This document shows positions 28,343-37,558 of a DNA stretch of 38,667 nt, piece after piece. The stretch lies in the NCBI GenBank assembly GCA_035606645.1, contig DATNEZ010000104.1:1-38667 (forward strand), read 5' to 3'. How positions within the stretch are numbered: position 1 is the stretch's first letter; each line of letters opens with the position of its first letter. The notes under the pieces are model-generated. The model had not been told where the DNA came from. It saw only the letters and a program-made list of their open reading frames with translations, and searched no databases. The position numbers were made by a program, and so were the translations under genes. The DNA comes from Candidatus Binatia bacterium (GTDB lineage Bacteria; Acidobacteriota; Polarisedimenticolia; Gp22-AA2).

Positions 28343-29872
28343 ATGCGCCGCGTCCTGATCGCCAACCGGGGGGAGATCGCCCTGCGCATCCTGCGCGCCT
28401 GTCGCGAGTCCGGCCTGTCCACGGCGATGGTGTATTCGGAGGCCGATCGCGACACCCTGCCGGTGCGGCTGGCGGACGTCTCGTTCTGCATCGGCCCGGC
28501 GGCGGCCGCCGCGTCCTACCTGGACATCGACGCGATCCTGAAGGCGGCGCGGCTGGCGGATGCCGACGCGGTCCACCCGGGCTACGGATTCCTGGCCGAG
28601 AACCCGGTGTTCGCGCAGGCGGTTGCCGACGCGGGGCTCGTGTTCATCGGCCCGCCTCCCGAGGCGATGCGCCTGGTGGGGGACAAGGTCGAGGCGCGGC
28701 GCCTGATGGGGAAGCGCGGCGTGCCGGTCATCCCGGGGCTGCTCGATCGGGCCGGCGGCACCGAGGCGGTCGCCGCCTTCGCCCGCGGCAGCGGCTACCC
28801 GATCATGCTGAAGGCGGCCGCCGGCGGGGGCGGGAAGGGAATGCGCGTGGTGCGCTCGGAAGCCGATCTCGAGTCGGCGGTGCGCGGGGCCCGCTCCGAA
28901 GCGCTCTCCGCCTTCGGCGACGACGGCGTGTATGCCGAGAAGTTCATGGAGAACGTGCGGCACGTCGAGATCCAGGTCCTTGCGGACCACCACGGCGCCG
29001 CGGTGCATCTCGGGGAGCGGGAGTGCTCGGCGCAGCGCCGCCACCAGAAGCTGGTGGAGGAGGCGCCGTCGATCGCCCTCCGCCCGGCCGACCGCGATCG
29101 GCTCGGCGCCCTGGCCCTCGAGGTGGTCGGCGCCTGCGGCTACCGCAACGCCGGCACGATCGAGTTCCTGCTCGATCAGAAGGGGAAGCCCTATTTCATG
29201 GAGGTCAACGCCCGCATCCAGGTCGAGCACCCGGTCACCGAGATGGTGTTCGGGGTGGACCTGGTCAGGGCGCAGATCGACATCGCGCGCGGCCGGCCGC
29301 TGGAGGTCCGGCAGGAGGACCTCAGGCCGCGGGGCTGGGCCATCGAGTGTCGCGTCCTGGCGGAAGACCCGGCGAACGGGTTCAGACCGTCTCCCGGGCG
29401 CGTGCAGGCGCTGCGCATCCCGTCCGGCCCCGGCATCCGGGTGGACACCGCCCTGCAGCCGGGGGACGACATCCCGATGCACTACGACGCGCTCATCGCC
29501 AAGCTCATCGCCTGGGGCAAGGACCGGGACGAGGCGCTCGCCCGCCTGCGCCGCGCGGTGGACGAGTTCGTCGTCGCCGGGCCGGGAATCCGCACGACAC
29601 TGCCGTTCCACCGGGAGCTCCTCCGCCATCCCGACTTCACCGCGGGGCGGCTCGACATCGGCATGGTGGATCGACTGATGCCGGGGTTCCAGCCCGCGTT
29701 CCTGGAGACCGGTCCGGAGGCCGAGCTGGCGGCCATCGCGGCCGCCATCCGGGCCACCGAGGAGTCCGATCGTCCCGCGGCCGGCGAACCCGTCGCGGGC
29801 CTGAGCCCGTGGGTCGCCGCGGGCCGGCGTGCGTTCATGGACGGCCGCCTGGTGCGGCGGCCGGAGGCCTGA
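28343..29872 (+). CDS. accC: Biotin carboxylase subunit
   Basis: MRRVLIANRGEIALRILRA start with GGAGG 8 nt upstream, plus ATP-grasp motifs (MLKAAAGGGGKGMRVV, MEVNARIQVEHPVTE). The track ORF start at 28145 adds a 66-aa Arg/Ala/Pro-rich extension, which I rejected. Confidence 0.9.
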   Translation: MRRVLIANRGEIALRILRACRESGLSTAMVYSEADRDTLPVRLADVSFCIGPAAAAASYLDIDAILKAARLADADAVHPGYGFLAENPVFAQAVADAGLVFIGPPPEAMRLVGDKVEARRLMGKRGVPVIPGLLDRAGGTEAVAAFARGSGYPIMLKAAAGGGGKGMRVVRSEADLESAVRGARSEALSAFGDDGVYAEKFMENVRHVEIQVLADHHGAAVHLGERECSAQRRHQKLVEEAPSIALRPADRDRLGALALEVVGACGYRNAGTIEFLLDQKGKPYFMEVNARIQVEHPVTEMVFGVDLVRAQIDIARGRPLEVRQEDLRPRGWAIECRVLAEDPANGFRPSPGRVQALRIPSGPGIRVDTALQPGDDIPMHYDALIAKLIAWGKDRDEALARLRRAVDEFVVAGPGIRTTLPFHRELLRHPDFTAGRLDIGMVDRLMPGFQPAFLETGPEAELAAIAAAIRATEESDRPAAGEPVAGLSPWVAAGRRAFMDGRLVRRPEA

Positions 29873-29875
29873 TCG

Positions 29876-30397
29876 ATGCGCTACCTGGCCCGCGTAGGGA
29901 CCCGGGAATGGAGGATCGAGATCGAGCGGCGGGACGCCGGCCGCTTCGCCGTCACGCTGGACGGCGATCGCCGCGAGGTGGAGCGCCGGGGGGACGGCGC
30001 GTTCGTCGTCCTGGGGCTTCCGGAAAAAATGCGCGAGGCGGTCGTCGTCCGTGAGAGCGGCCGGGGCAACGGCGACGGCGGCGCGGAGACTCCGTACGGC
30101 GTCGTCCTCGGGGGCCGCCACTATGCCGTGCGCCTGCTCGATCCGCTGAAGCGGAGCGCCGTGGCCCGGCCCGCGCGCGAGGGGCCCGTGGACGTGCGCG
30201 CCATCATGCCGGGACGGATCCGGGCCATCCTGGTCCCCGAGGGGGAGACGGTCCGGAACGGTCAGGGAGTGGTGGTGGTCGAGGCGATGAAGATGGAAAA
30301 CGAGATCCCGGCGCCGAAGGACGGGCGCGTCAGCCGCGTGCGCGTGCGGCCGGGCGACACGGTGGAGGCGGGGGCTGCCCTCTTCACGGTGGAGTAA
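29876..30397 (+). CDS. accB: Biotin carboxyl carrier protein (biotinyl/lipoyl domain)
   Basis: 173 aa with the C-terminal biotinylation motif EAMKMENEI. GGAGG lies 8 nt upstream, 3 nt after the accC stop. Confidence 0.85.
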   Translation: MRYLARVGTREWRIEIERRDAGRFAVTLDGDRREVERRGDGAFVVLGLPEKMREAVVVRESGRGNGDGGAETPYGVVLGGRHYAVRLLDPLKRSAVARPAREGPVDVRAIMPGRIRAILVPEGETVRNGQGVVVVEAMKMENEIPAPKDGRVSRVRVRPGDTVEAGAALFTVE

Positions 30398-30400
30398 CAG

Positions 30401-30437
30401 AAAGGGCGATGCCCCCGCGTCGGGGACACCGCCCTTT
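30401..30437. terminator. Bidirectional rho-independent-type terminator between accB and hup
   Basis: AAAGGGCG pairs with CGCCCTTT on the outside, and CCCC pairs with GGGG on the inside. T/A runs lie on both sides. The element sits between the convergent genes. Confidence 0.65.
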
Positions 30438-30467
30438 TCATGTCAAACGATGAAGTTCAGGTGGACC

Positions 30468-30740
30468 TTAGCGGATGGACGCCGCGAGTTCCTTGCCCGG
30501 ACGGAAGCGCGCCACCTTGCGCGCCTTGATCTCGATCTGCTCGCCGGTCTGCGGATTGCGGCCGACACGAGCCTTGCGCTTGGAGACCGTGAAGGTCCCG
30601 AATCCGACCAGGGCGACCCGGTCGCCCTTCTTGAGCGCCTTGGTCACGCCGTCGACCAGCGAGTCCAGCGCCTTGCCGGAGGCGGTCTTGCTGATCTTCG
30701 CGTCCTTGGCGATCTTGTCGATCAGATCCGCCTTGTTCAT
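30468..30740 (-). CDS. hup: HU-family nucleoid-associated DNA-binding protein
   Basis: 90 aa: [11 protein letters not shown]...[33 protein letters not shown] lies upstream of the ATG. Confidence 0.93.
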   Translation of the reverse strand: MNKADLIDKIAKDAKISKTASGKALDSLVDGVTKALKKGDRVALVGFGTFTVSKRKARVGRNPQTGEQIEIKARKVARFRPGKELAASIR

Positions 30741-30808
30741 GCGACACCTCCTCGAGGTAAATGCGTTGTGGTGAATCGAAGCGAAAACCCGTCACTCGAC
30801 GTGACCGG

Positions 30809-30838
30809 CTTATACCAGAGTCCTCGAATTCTTGTCAA
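30809..30838 (-). promoter_or_regulatory. Candidate sigma70 promoter of hup
   Basis: On the minus strand: TTGACA (30838-30833), an 18-nt spacer, then TATAAG (30814-30809). Confidence 0.55.
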
Positions 30839-30916
30839 TACATGGTGGGCGCGGGCTTTGCTCGAGACCTCCTCGGGAAGCGTCGTCCGCAGGGGATTTG
30901 CCGGAAGTCTCCCAAC

Positions 30917-32395
30917 ATGGTGACGCCGAGGGGTTCCGGGACACCGGGCGCTGCAAGCCTTGCGGCCCAACTGCTGCATGCGATCGCTCATGAGGCGCTC
31001 GCCGCCTGCGATCCGGCCGCGGCGGTGCGCCGCGCGGTGCACGTCCGTCCCGAACACCTGGGTCTCTGCGGCCGCGCCGTGGCCATGGGAAAGAAGGGGC
31101 GCCTGCTCCTCCTGGCGTACGGCAAGGCGGCCCCGGCGATGACGGCCGGCTTCCTGCAGCGGTTCGAGGAGGCGGGGGGCAAGCGGGTCCTCGACGCCCT
31201 GGTCGTCCATCCGCGCCGCGAGGAGCCGAAAGGGAAGGGAAAGGGCGCCGCGGTCCCGCCGGTTCTCCAGGCGGCCCTGGACGGCCTGCGCCTGCCGGCT
31301 TCGCGCTTCCGGGTGAGGACGATCGCCGCCGAGCACCCCGTGCCGCTCAAGAGCTCCTTCCTCGCCGGGAAGACCGCGCTGCGCTTCATCTCCCGGGCGG
31401 GGGCCGCGGACGACGTGGTCTTCCTGGCTTCCGGCGGCGGGTCGGCGCTCCTGGCGTCGCCGCTCCCCCAGCTGATGAAGGAGTCCGACAAGACCGCGCT
31501 GCACCGCGCGCTCCTGACCTCGGGCGCTCCGATCGCCGCGATCAACAGCGTGCGCAAGCATCTCTCGGCGGTCAAGGGGGGCCGCCTGGCGCATGCGGCC
31601 CGCCGGGCCTCGGGGCAGTTCACCCTGGTGATGAGCGACGTGGATCCCGAGCGATACGAAGAGGTCGCGTCCGGACCGTCGCTGCCCGACCGCACGACGC
31701 TGGACGACATGATCCGTTCGATCGACCGCTACGGCATCGCCCCGGCGTTGCCCGTGAAGGCGCTCGAGGCGCTGCGCGCCGGGAGGGTCCCCGAGACGTT
31801 CAAGCCCCGCGACACGGTGTTCCGTCGCTCGCGGAGCGAGGCGATCCTGTCCAATCGCGATTTGAGGAACGCCGCGGTCCGCGGCGGGCTGACGCGCGGT
31901 CTTCCCGCCGAGGCGATCCCGACCGACATCGCCGGACCGGTGGAGACCGCCGTCGAGATGATCGCCAGGGCGATCGAGACCGCTCCTCCCGGCACGCGCC
32001 TGCTCGTCCTGGGAGGAGAGGTGGTGACCGCGCCGCCGGTGCCCGGCGAGGGGGGCAGGGCTCAGGAGCTCTCGCTGCGCCTGGCGCTCAGGATGGCGGG
32101 GCTCGGGTCGCGTCCCTGGGCCTTCCTGGCCCTCGGGAGCGACGGCCTCGACGGCAATTCCCCCGCCGCCGGCGCCTACGTCGATCAGACGACGCTCGAG
32201 AGGGCCCGCCTCGCCCGTCTCGATCCGGCCAAGACGCTCCGCGAGGCGACCACCTACCGGTTCTTCCGGAAGCTGGGGGACGATTTCACCACCGGCCCGA
32301 CCGGCACGAACGTCCGGGATCTCTACCTGCTCCTGACCGGCCCGGCGACGCCCACCCGCAAGACGATCGATCCCCTGCGCGTCCCGGTCGTCTAG
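30917..32395 (+). CDS. Glycerate kinase of the DUF4147/MOFRL family (glycerate 2-kinase / hydroxypyruvate reductase-like)
   Basis: Motifs are LLAYGKAAPAM and a C-terminal GGEVV...GGRAQELSL...LGSDGLDGNSPAAGAYVD. The start is assigned to the ATG at 30917 (MVTPRGSG...). The track start at 30761 would run through the hup promoter. Confidence 0.8.
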   Translation: MVTPRGSGTPGAASLAAQLLHAIAHEALAACDPAAAVRRAVHVRPEHLGLCGRAVAMGKKGRLLLLAYGKAAPAMTAGFLQRFEEAGGKRVLDALVVHPRREEPKGKGKGAAVPPVLQAALDGLRLPASRFRVRTIAAEHPVPLKSSFLAGKTALRFISRAGAADDVVFLASGGGSALLASPLPQLMKESDKTALHRALLTSGAPIAAINSVRKHLSAVKGGRLAHAARRASGQFTLVMSDVDPERYEEVASGPSLPDRTTLDDMIRSIDRYGIAPALPVKALEALRAGRVPETFKPRDTVFRRSRSEAILSNRDLRNAAVRGGLTRGLPAEAIPTDIAGPVETAVEMIARAIETAPPGTRLLVLGGEVVTAPPVPGEGGRAQELSLRLALRMAGLGSRPWAFLALGSDGLDGNSPAAGAYVDQTTLERARLARLDPAKTLREATTYRFFRKLGDDFTTGPTGTNVRDLYLLLTGPATPTRKTIDPLRVPVV

Positions 32396-33315
32396 GATCG
32401 AAGCCCCAGGTCGAGGGCGGTCCCCGCCAGGATCAGGAACCCGACGAACCCGTTCACCGTGAAGAACGCCTGGTTCACGCGGCTCAAGTCGTCCGGCCGG
32501 ACCAGCCGGTGCTCGAAAGCCAGAAGCGCGGACGTGCCGGCGACCGCCGCGAGATAGGGCCAGCCGAGCGGCAGGACGGCCGGAGCCAGGAGCAGGAAGA
32601 GGACGGTCAGGAGGTGCAGGAAGGTCGACAGCCGCAGCGCCCTCTCCACTCCGAAGCGGCATGGCGCCGAGTGCAGGCGGTGCAGCCGGTCGAACTCGAC
32701 GTCCTGGCAGGCGTAGATGATGTCGAACCCGGCGACCCAGCAGGTGACCGCCGCGGCGAACAGGAGCGGCGCGACGTCGACCGTGCCGCGCACTGCGATC
32801 CAGGCCCCCAGGGGAGCGAGCCCCAGGGACGCGCCGAGATGCAGGTGGGTGAGCCAGGAGAGCCGCTTGGCGTACGAGTACGACAGGATCAGGAAGAGCG
32901 CGGGAGCGGCCAGGAGAAGCGCCAGGCGGTTCAGCATCGCGGCGCTCAGGATGAACAGGGCGGTGCTCGCAGCCAGGGCGACCCAGGCGAACCCGAGGCC
33001 CAGCTCCCCCGTGACCAGCGGGCGGGACGCGGTGCGCGGGTTCTTCCTGTCGTAGTCCAGGTCGACGATGCGGTTGAAGATCATCGCCGCGCTCCGCGCC
33101 CCCACCATCGCGCCGAGGATCCAGCCGATCTGCCTGCCGGACGGGGCCCCGCCCGCCGCCAGGAGCGCGCCCACGAAGGCGAACGGCAGGGCAAACAGGG
33201 TGTGCTGGAACTTGATCATCGACAGCGTGGCGGAGAGCGCGCGCCAGCCCCGGGCCCGCGCCGGACGGCAGGCCCCGGTCAGTCCGCCGGGCTCCGCGAT
33301 CAGGCCGTTCCCCAT
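32392..33315 (-). CDS. UbiA-family aromatic prenyltransferase (4-hydroxybenzoate polyprenyltransferase-like / MqnP-like)
   Basis: A multi-TM protein with IKFQHTLFALPFA and the Asp-rich motif NRIVDLDYD. The start is assigned to the ATG at 33315, a 16-nt overlap with ubiX. Its stop overlaps the glycerate kinase stop in a CTAG. Confidence 0.82.
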   Translation of the reverse strand: MGNGLIAEPGGLTGACRPARARGWRALSATLSMIKFQHTLFALPFAFVGALLAAGGAPSGRQIGWILGAMVGARSAAMIFNRIVDLDYDRKNPRTASRPLVTGELGLGFAWVALAASTALFILSAAMLNRLALLLAAPALFLILSYSYAKRLSWLTHLHLGASLGLAPLGAWIAVRGTVDVAPLLFAAAVTCWVAGFDIIYACQDVEFDRLHRLHSAPCRFGVERALRLSTFLHLLTVLFLLLAPAVLPLGWPYLAAVAGTSALLAFEHRLVRPDDLSRVNQAFFTVNGFVGFLILAGTALDLGLRS

Positions 33316-33899
33316 CGCTTTCCGAGGGTGTGAGGCAGGCGCAGCAGGTCGAAGATGCGGGCCGTGAAGTGCTCGACGATCTCGTCCAGGCTCTGCGGCC
33401 GGTTGTAGAAGGCGGGGGTCAGGGGATAGATGGTGGCGCCGGCGCGCGCCGCGCGCTGCATGTTCTCGATGTGCACCAGGCTGATCGGCGTCTCGCGGAA
33501 CGCCAGGACGAGCGGCCGCCTTTCCTTGAGGGTCACCTCGGCGGCGCGGTGCAGCAGGTTCGCGGACGTCCCGTTGGCGATCGCCGCCAGGGTCCCGCCG
33601 CTGCACGGCACGACGACCATCCCGTCGGCGGGATACGACCCGCTGCTGACGGCGGCCGCCATGTCCCCCGAGCGGTGCAGGACGATCCGTTCGCCGATCT
33701 CCCCCCCGAGCAGCAGCCGCAGCCCCTCGTCCTCGTCCCGGACCGCCTTGCCGAGCTCGGCGCCCAGGGTCTGCAGGGAGTAGTGGCTCAGGACGACGTG
33801 GACGCGCTCGACGTCGGGATGGCGCGACAGGTGGCGCAGGACGGAGCGGGCGCAGATGGAACCGCTGGCGCCGGTGACGCCGACGACGAATCGCCTCAC
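33300..33899 (-). CDS. ubiX: Flavin prenyltransferase UbiX
   Basis: 199 aa with the motifs VGVTGASG and VVVPCSGGTLAAIANG, plus a LKERRPLVL segment typical of the UbiX/Pad1 family. Confidence 0.9.
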   Translation of the reverse strand: MRRFVVGVTGASGSICARSVLRHLSRHPDVERVHVVLSHYSLQTLGAELGKAVRDEDEGLRLLLGGEIGERIVLHRSGDMAAAVSSGSYPADGMVVVPCSGGTLAAIANGTSANLLHRAAEVTLKERRPLVLAFRETPISLVHIENMQRAARAGATIYPLTPAFYNRPQSLDEIVEHFTARIFDLLRLPHTLGKRWGTA

Positions 33900-33918
33900 G
33901 CGCTCCCCCTTCCCCGTC

Positions 33919-34290
33919 CTACTTTCCGGAGCGCCGCCCCAGGAAGTCGAGGAGCCGGGTGCGATCCTCGTCCTCCATGCGGGAGAAGAACAGGGCCACG
34001 CGGTAGGAGCCGGTTTCCGGCATCGGCGAGGACGGCTCGGTCCGGACCACGACCGCCTCCCCCTCGACGGTCTGGCTGTCGTCGCTCCCGGACTGCGAGG
34101 ACTTGTGGCCGGGGAGGACGAGCGACACCGCGAGCTTGGTCATGAGGGGAAGGAAGGCGGGGGCCGTGCACGACAGGCCGCCGGCGCTCAGGTCGATGGT
34201 CTCGAGCTCCACGGCCTCCCGCGAGGAGGACCGCACCCGGATGCGCTCCGCGACGCGTGGGTGGCGTCGCTTGTCGTCCGTTGGGCTCAT
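33919..34290 (-). CDS. PilZ domain protein (putative c-di-GMP receptor)
   Basis: 123 aa starting at MSPTDDKRRHPRV. The RxxxR motif (RRHPR) and the DxSxxG motif (DLSAGG) are both present. The gene ends 19 nt upstream of ubiX. The track ORF extension to 34557 is rejected. Confidence 0.75.
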   Translation of the reverse strand: MSPTDDKRRHPRVAERIRVRSSSREAVELETIDLSAGGLSCTAPAFLPLMTKLAVSLVLPGHKSSQSGSDDSQTVEGEAVVVRTEPSSPMPETGSYRVALFFSRMEDEDRTRLLDFLGRRSGK

Positions 34291-34448
34291 GCGCTCACGT
34301 TTGCGTTGGTCTTCCGTTGAGCGTGCCGTTCTTCTGAGTCCAGGGTGCGGCCGGCCGAAAGGCGCGCGTATCCTGATGTTGCGGGGCCCATCGTATGAAA
34401 CTGGGCAGGGCGTGTCAAGCGCGGAGTGCGGGCCCGGGTGCCGGCGCG

Positions 34449-34454
34449 TATAAT
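34449..34454 (+). promoter_or_regulatory. Possible -10 element for larB
   Basis: A perfect TATAAT lies 20 nt upstream of the larB GTG, but there is no convincing -35 element. Confidence 0.3.
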
Positions 34455-34474
34455 CCCCGCTCCGGGAGACGAGC

Positions 34475-35239
34475 GTGAATCTTCTCGAGCTGAAAAAGAT
34501 CCTGGAAGGCGTACGCCGCGGCAAGGTCTCCGCGGACGAAGCGCTCAGGCGGCTCAAGACGCTGCCCTACGAGGATCTCGGCTTCGCGAAGGTGGACCAC
34601 CACCGCCACCTCCGCCGCGGCTTCCCCGAAGTGATCTTCGGAGAGGGGAAGACGGTCCCCCAGATCGTCGCCATCATGGGGAAGGTGGCGGCGAAGCGAC
34701 AGCCGGTCCTGGTGACGCGTGTCTCGCCCGCCGCGTCCAGGGCGATCCGCAGGCGCTTCCGCAAGGCGCGCTACCACGCCGAGGCCCGGGCCGTGACGCT
34801 CGAGACCGGCAGGCGCGAGGAGGGGCGCCCGGGAATCCTCGTGCTGGCGGCCGGCACGTCCGACCTGAGCGTCGCCGAAGAGGCGGCCGTGACCGCGGAA
34901 GTAATGGGGAACCAGGTCGGCCGGGTCTACGACGTCGGCATCGCGGGGCTCCACCGCCTCCTCGACCACAAGGACAGGCTCCTGGAGGCCAGGGTGATCA
35001 TCGCCGTGGCCGGCATGGAGGGGGCCCTTCCCAGCATCGTGGCCAGCCTTGTCGATGTTCCGGTCATAGGCGTCCCGACCAGTGTCGGATATGGGACGGG
35101 GATCAAGGGGGTGGCCGCCCTCATGGGGATGCTCAATTCCTGCGCTGCAGGCCTGTTGGTCGTGAACATAGACAATGGGTTCGGAGCAGGTTATGCCGCG
35201 TCTGTTATAAATTCAACATCTATACATTCCGCAAAATGA
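34475..35239 (+). CDS. larB: LarB-type AIR carboxylase-family protein (nickel-pincer cofactor biosynthesis, pyridinium-3,5-biscarboxylic acid mononucleotide synthase)
   Basis: 254 aa with an N-terminal LRRLK..PYEDLGFAKVDHHR and a PurE-like core (ILVLAAGTSDL, AVAGMEGALPSIVA, VIGVPTSVGYG). The GTG start has GGGAGA upstream. Confidence 0.85.
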   Translation: MNLLELKKILEGVRRGKVSADEALRRLKTLPYEDLGFAKVDHHRHLRRGFPEVIFGEGKTVPQIVAIMGKVAAKRQPVLVTRVSPAASRAIRRRFRKARYHAEARAVTLETGRREEGRPGILVLAAGTSDLSVAEEAAVTAEVMGNQVGRVYDVGIAGLHRLLDHKDRLLEARVIIAVAGMEGALPSIVASLVDVPVIGVPTSVGYGTGIKGVAALMGMLNSCAAGLLVVNIDNGFGAGYAASVINSTSIHSAK

Positions 35240-35328
35240 TTTCCATTCGAACAGGCCCTGCGCAAGCCTGACCCGACCACCCTCCGAAACGCCTCCGCAG
35301 GATTTTTCGCCTTTCTGGCCCCTGTTTC

Positions 35329-35358
35329 TTGACAACCCGGGGGGGTGGTCCGTATATT
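35329..35358 (+). promoter_or_regulatory. Candidate sigma70 promoter upstream of rpsU-dnaG-rpoD
   Basis: TTGACA (35329-35334), an 18-nt spacer, then TATATT (35353-35358). It lies about 190 nt upstream of the rpsU ATG. Confidence 0.6.
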
Positions 35359-35552
35359 ACACATGCGTTGGTCTGTGGGATTTGGTAATCCATTGTCGGG
35401 CCAAGCACTTCCACGGCCCGTCAGGTCTAAACAAAGAGGTTCCGTGGCAGGGGTAGGGCTCGAAGTCCGGGTCCACGGATCAGGCCTCGGAACAAGTGTC
35501 ATTCGCTTTGAAGGATTTTTTCGTTTCAGGATCGAGAGGAGGGAGTCACTGA

Positions 35553-35759
35553 ATGCCCCTCGTGAGGGTTCGCGAGGATGAGTCGCTGGAAAACGCCCTT
35601 CGCCGCTTCAAGCGGAAATGCGAGAAGTCGGGCGTGCTGTCCGAGCTGAAGAAGAGACAGCACTACCTCAAGCCGAGCCAGAAGAGGAAGATCAAGGCGC
35701 TGGCGGCGAGAAAGAAAGCGCTCAAGCGCCTGGCCCAGGAAAGGCGCTTCAGCGATTGA
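35553..35759 (+). CDS. rpsU: 30S ribosomal protein S21
   Basis: 68 aa: [51 protein letters not shown] lies upstream of the ATG. Confidence 0.95.
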   Translation: MPLVRVREDESLENALRRFKRKCEKSGVLSELKKRQHYLKPSQKRKIKALAARKKALKRLAQERRFSD

Positions 35760-37547
35760 TTGGAGGGCAGGAACAGAGTGGGCGGGCGAGACAGGACGGA
35801 CGTCGTTGAAGCCGTGAGGGCGCAAGCCGACCTGCGCTCGATTGTCTCCGATTACCTCCCTCTCAAGAAGAGCGGCACGAAGTACCGGGCGCTGTGCCCG
35901 TTCCACTCGGAGAAGTCCCCGTCCTTCTACGTGGACGCGGACAAGCAGTTGTTCTACTGCTTCGGGTGCGGCACCGGCGGGGACGTCTTCAAGTTCCTGA
36001 TGCTCTATGAAAAACTGGAATTCCCCGAGGCGCTGAAATCGCTGGCGGCCCGGTACGGCATTGCCGTGCCGGCCTCCCGCGCCCCGGAGAACAGCGAGCG
36101 CCAGAAAGTCCTGGCGGCCAACCAGAAGGCGCTCGCCTGGTTCCGGGGACAGCTCGGCCGGCCGGCTGGAGAGGCGGCCCGCAAATATCTCGCGGGCCGC
36201 GGCATCGGCGCGGCGACGATCGATCGCTTTCAGATCGGCTTCGCGCCGGACGGCTGGACCGGCCTCAAGGGGCAGCTGGCGTCGGACGGGATCGCCGAGG
36301 GACAGGCGGTTCTGGCCGGCCTCCTGGCGAAGAAAGAGGAGACCGGCCGGACGTACGACCGGTTCCGCGATCGGGTGATCTTCCCGATCGTCAACCTGGC
36401 GGACGAGCTGATCGGGTTCGGCGGCCGGGTGCTGGGAGAGGGGGAGCCGAAATATCTGAACTCTCCCGAGTCCCCGGCGTTCAGCAAGGGGGAGAACCTC
36501 TACGGGATCGGGTTCGCCCGCGAGGGGATTCGCAAGGAAGGGTACGCCATCCTGGTCGAGGGGTACATGGACGTCATCGCCCTCCACCAGGCGGGCGTCG
36601 TGCACGCGGTCGCGACGCTCGGGACCGGGTTCACGACCGGGCACGTCAGGCTCTTGAAGAGATTCACCGACCGCGTCGTGGTGAACTTCGATCCCGACGC
36701 GGCGGGAAGGGCGGCGACGAGACGCTCCCTGGAAGTGCTCCTGGAGAGCGGGTTCGAGGTGAGCGTGGTGTCGCTGCCGGCGAAGAAGGACCCGGACCTT
36801 TTCGTCCGGGAGCAGGGACCGGAGAAGTACCGGCAGCGTCTCGGCGAGGCGGTCCCGTACATCGAGTTCCTGACGCGGGACGTCGCGGCGCGGCAGGACC
36901 TGTCGGGAACCCGGGGCAAGGTGGCGGCTTTGAACGAGGTGCTGCCGTTTCTGGCGCGCCTCGACAACCCGGTCCACCGGGCCTCGCACGTGGAGATGAT
37001 CGGCTCGGTCCTCGGGATCGAAGACCGGCTGGTGCTGCAGGAGCTGAAAGAGGCGGTCCGCGAGCGGCGCAAGAGCCTGTCGGCGGGGCCGCTTCAGGCG
37101 GCGCGCGGCTCGTGGATCGTGAGCGAGTCGGAGTCGCGCCTCCTGCGGGCCCTGATGGACGCCCGCGAGGCGCGCGTCGCGCTCCTCGCGGAGATCGAGG
37201 ACGGAGACCTGGAAATCAGCCGGATCGCGGAAGTGGTGAAGGTTATACGCGATCTGGTGGTCAAAGAGGAGGACGTGACATATCCTCGGGTGGCGTCGCT
37301 GGTGAGCGACCAGGCCCGGGACATCATCACCAGGGCCGCGGCGTTGCCTCATCCCCCCGCGACCCTGGACGAGGGCCGGGGGTGCGTGATGGCCCTGCGG
37401 GCGGCGCGGCTGGAGCGGCAGATGGGTGACATCCAGAAACGGCTCGAGTCGGGGGGGAAGGCGGCGGAGGTGGACGACTTGCTCCGTCGCAAGGTCGAAT
37501 TGAAGCGAAGAATCGAAGCGCTCAGGCAGGCTTCGCCGATGTCTTAA
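35760..37547 (+). CDS. dnaG: DNA primase
   Basis: Zinc finger ([11 protein letters not shown]...[13 protein letters not shown]), an RNA polymerase core and a TOPRIM domain ([10 protein letters not shown]). The track start is the TTG at 35760. The in-frame GTG at 35778 is an alternative, lying 11 nt after GGAGG. Confidence 0.93.
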   Translation: MEGRNRVGGRDRTDVVEAVRAQADLRSIVSDYLPLKKSGTKYRALCPFHSEKSPSFYVDADKQLFYCFGCGTGGDVFKFLMLYEKLEFPEALKSLAARYGIAVPASRAPENSERQKVLAANQKALAWFRGQLGRPAGEAARKYLAGRGIGAATIDRFQIGFAPDGWTGLKGQLASDGIAEGQAVLAGLLAKKEETGRTYDRFRDRVIFPIVNLADELIGFGGRVLGEGEPKYLNSPESPAFSKGENLYGIGFAREGIRKEGYAILVEGYMDVIALHQAGVVHAVATLGTGFTTGHVRLLKRFTDRVVVNFDPDAAGRAATRRSLEVLLESGFEVSVVSLPAKKDPDLFVREQGPEKYRQRLGEAVPYIEFLTRDVAARQDLSGTRGKVAALNEVLPFLARLDNPVHRASHVEMIGSVLGIEDRLVLQELKEAVRERRKSLSAGPLQAARGSWIVSESESRLLRALMDAREARVALLAEIEDGDLEISRIAEVVKVIRDLVVKEEDVTYPRVASLVSDQARDIITRAAALPHPPATLDEGRGCVMALRAARLERQMGDIQKRLESGGKAAEVDDLLRRKVELKRRIEALRQASPMS

Positions 37548-37558
37548 GGAGAACTCCC

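Noticed and set aside
35450-35490. tRNA-like T-arm resemblance (GGGCTCGAAGTCCGGG) in the rpsU leader.
   Set aside because: No acceptor, D or anticodon arms can be drawn around it, and the T-loop consensus GTTCGAATC is not met.
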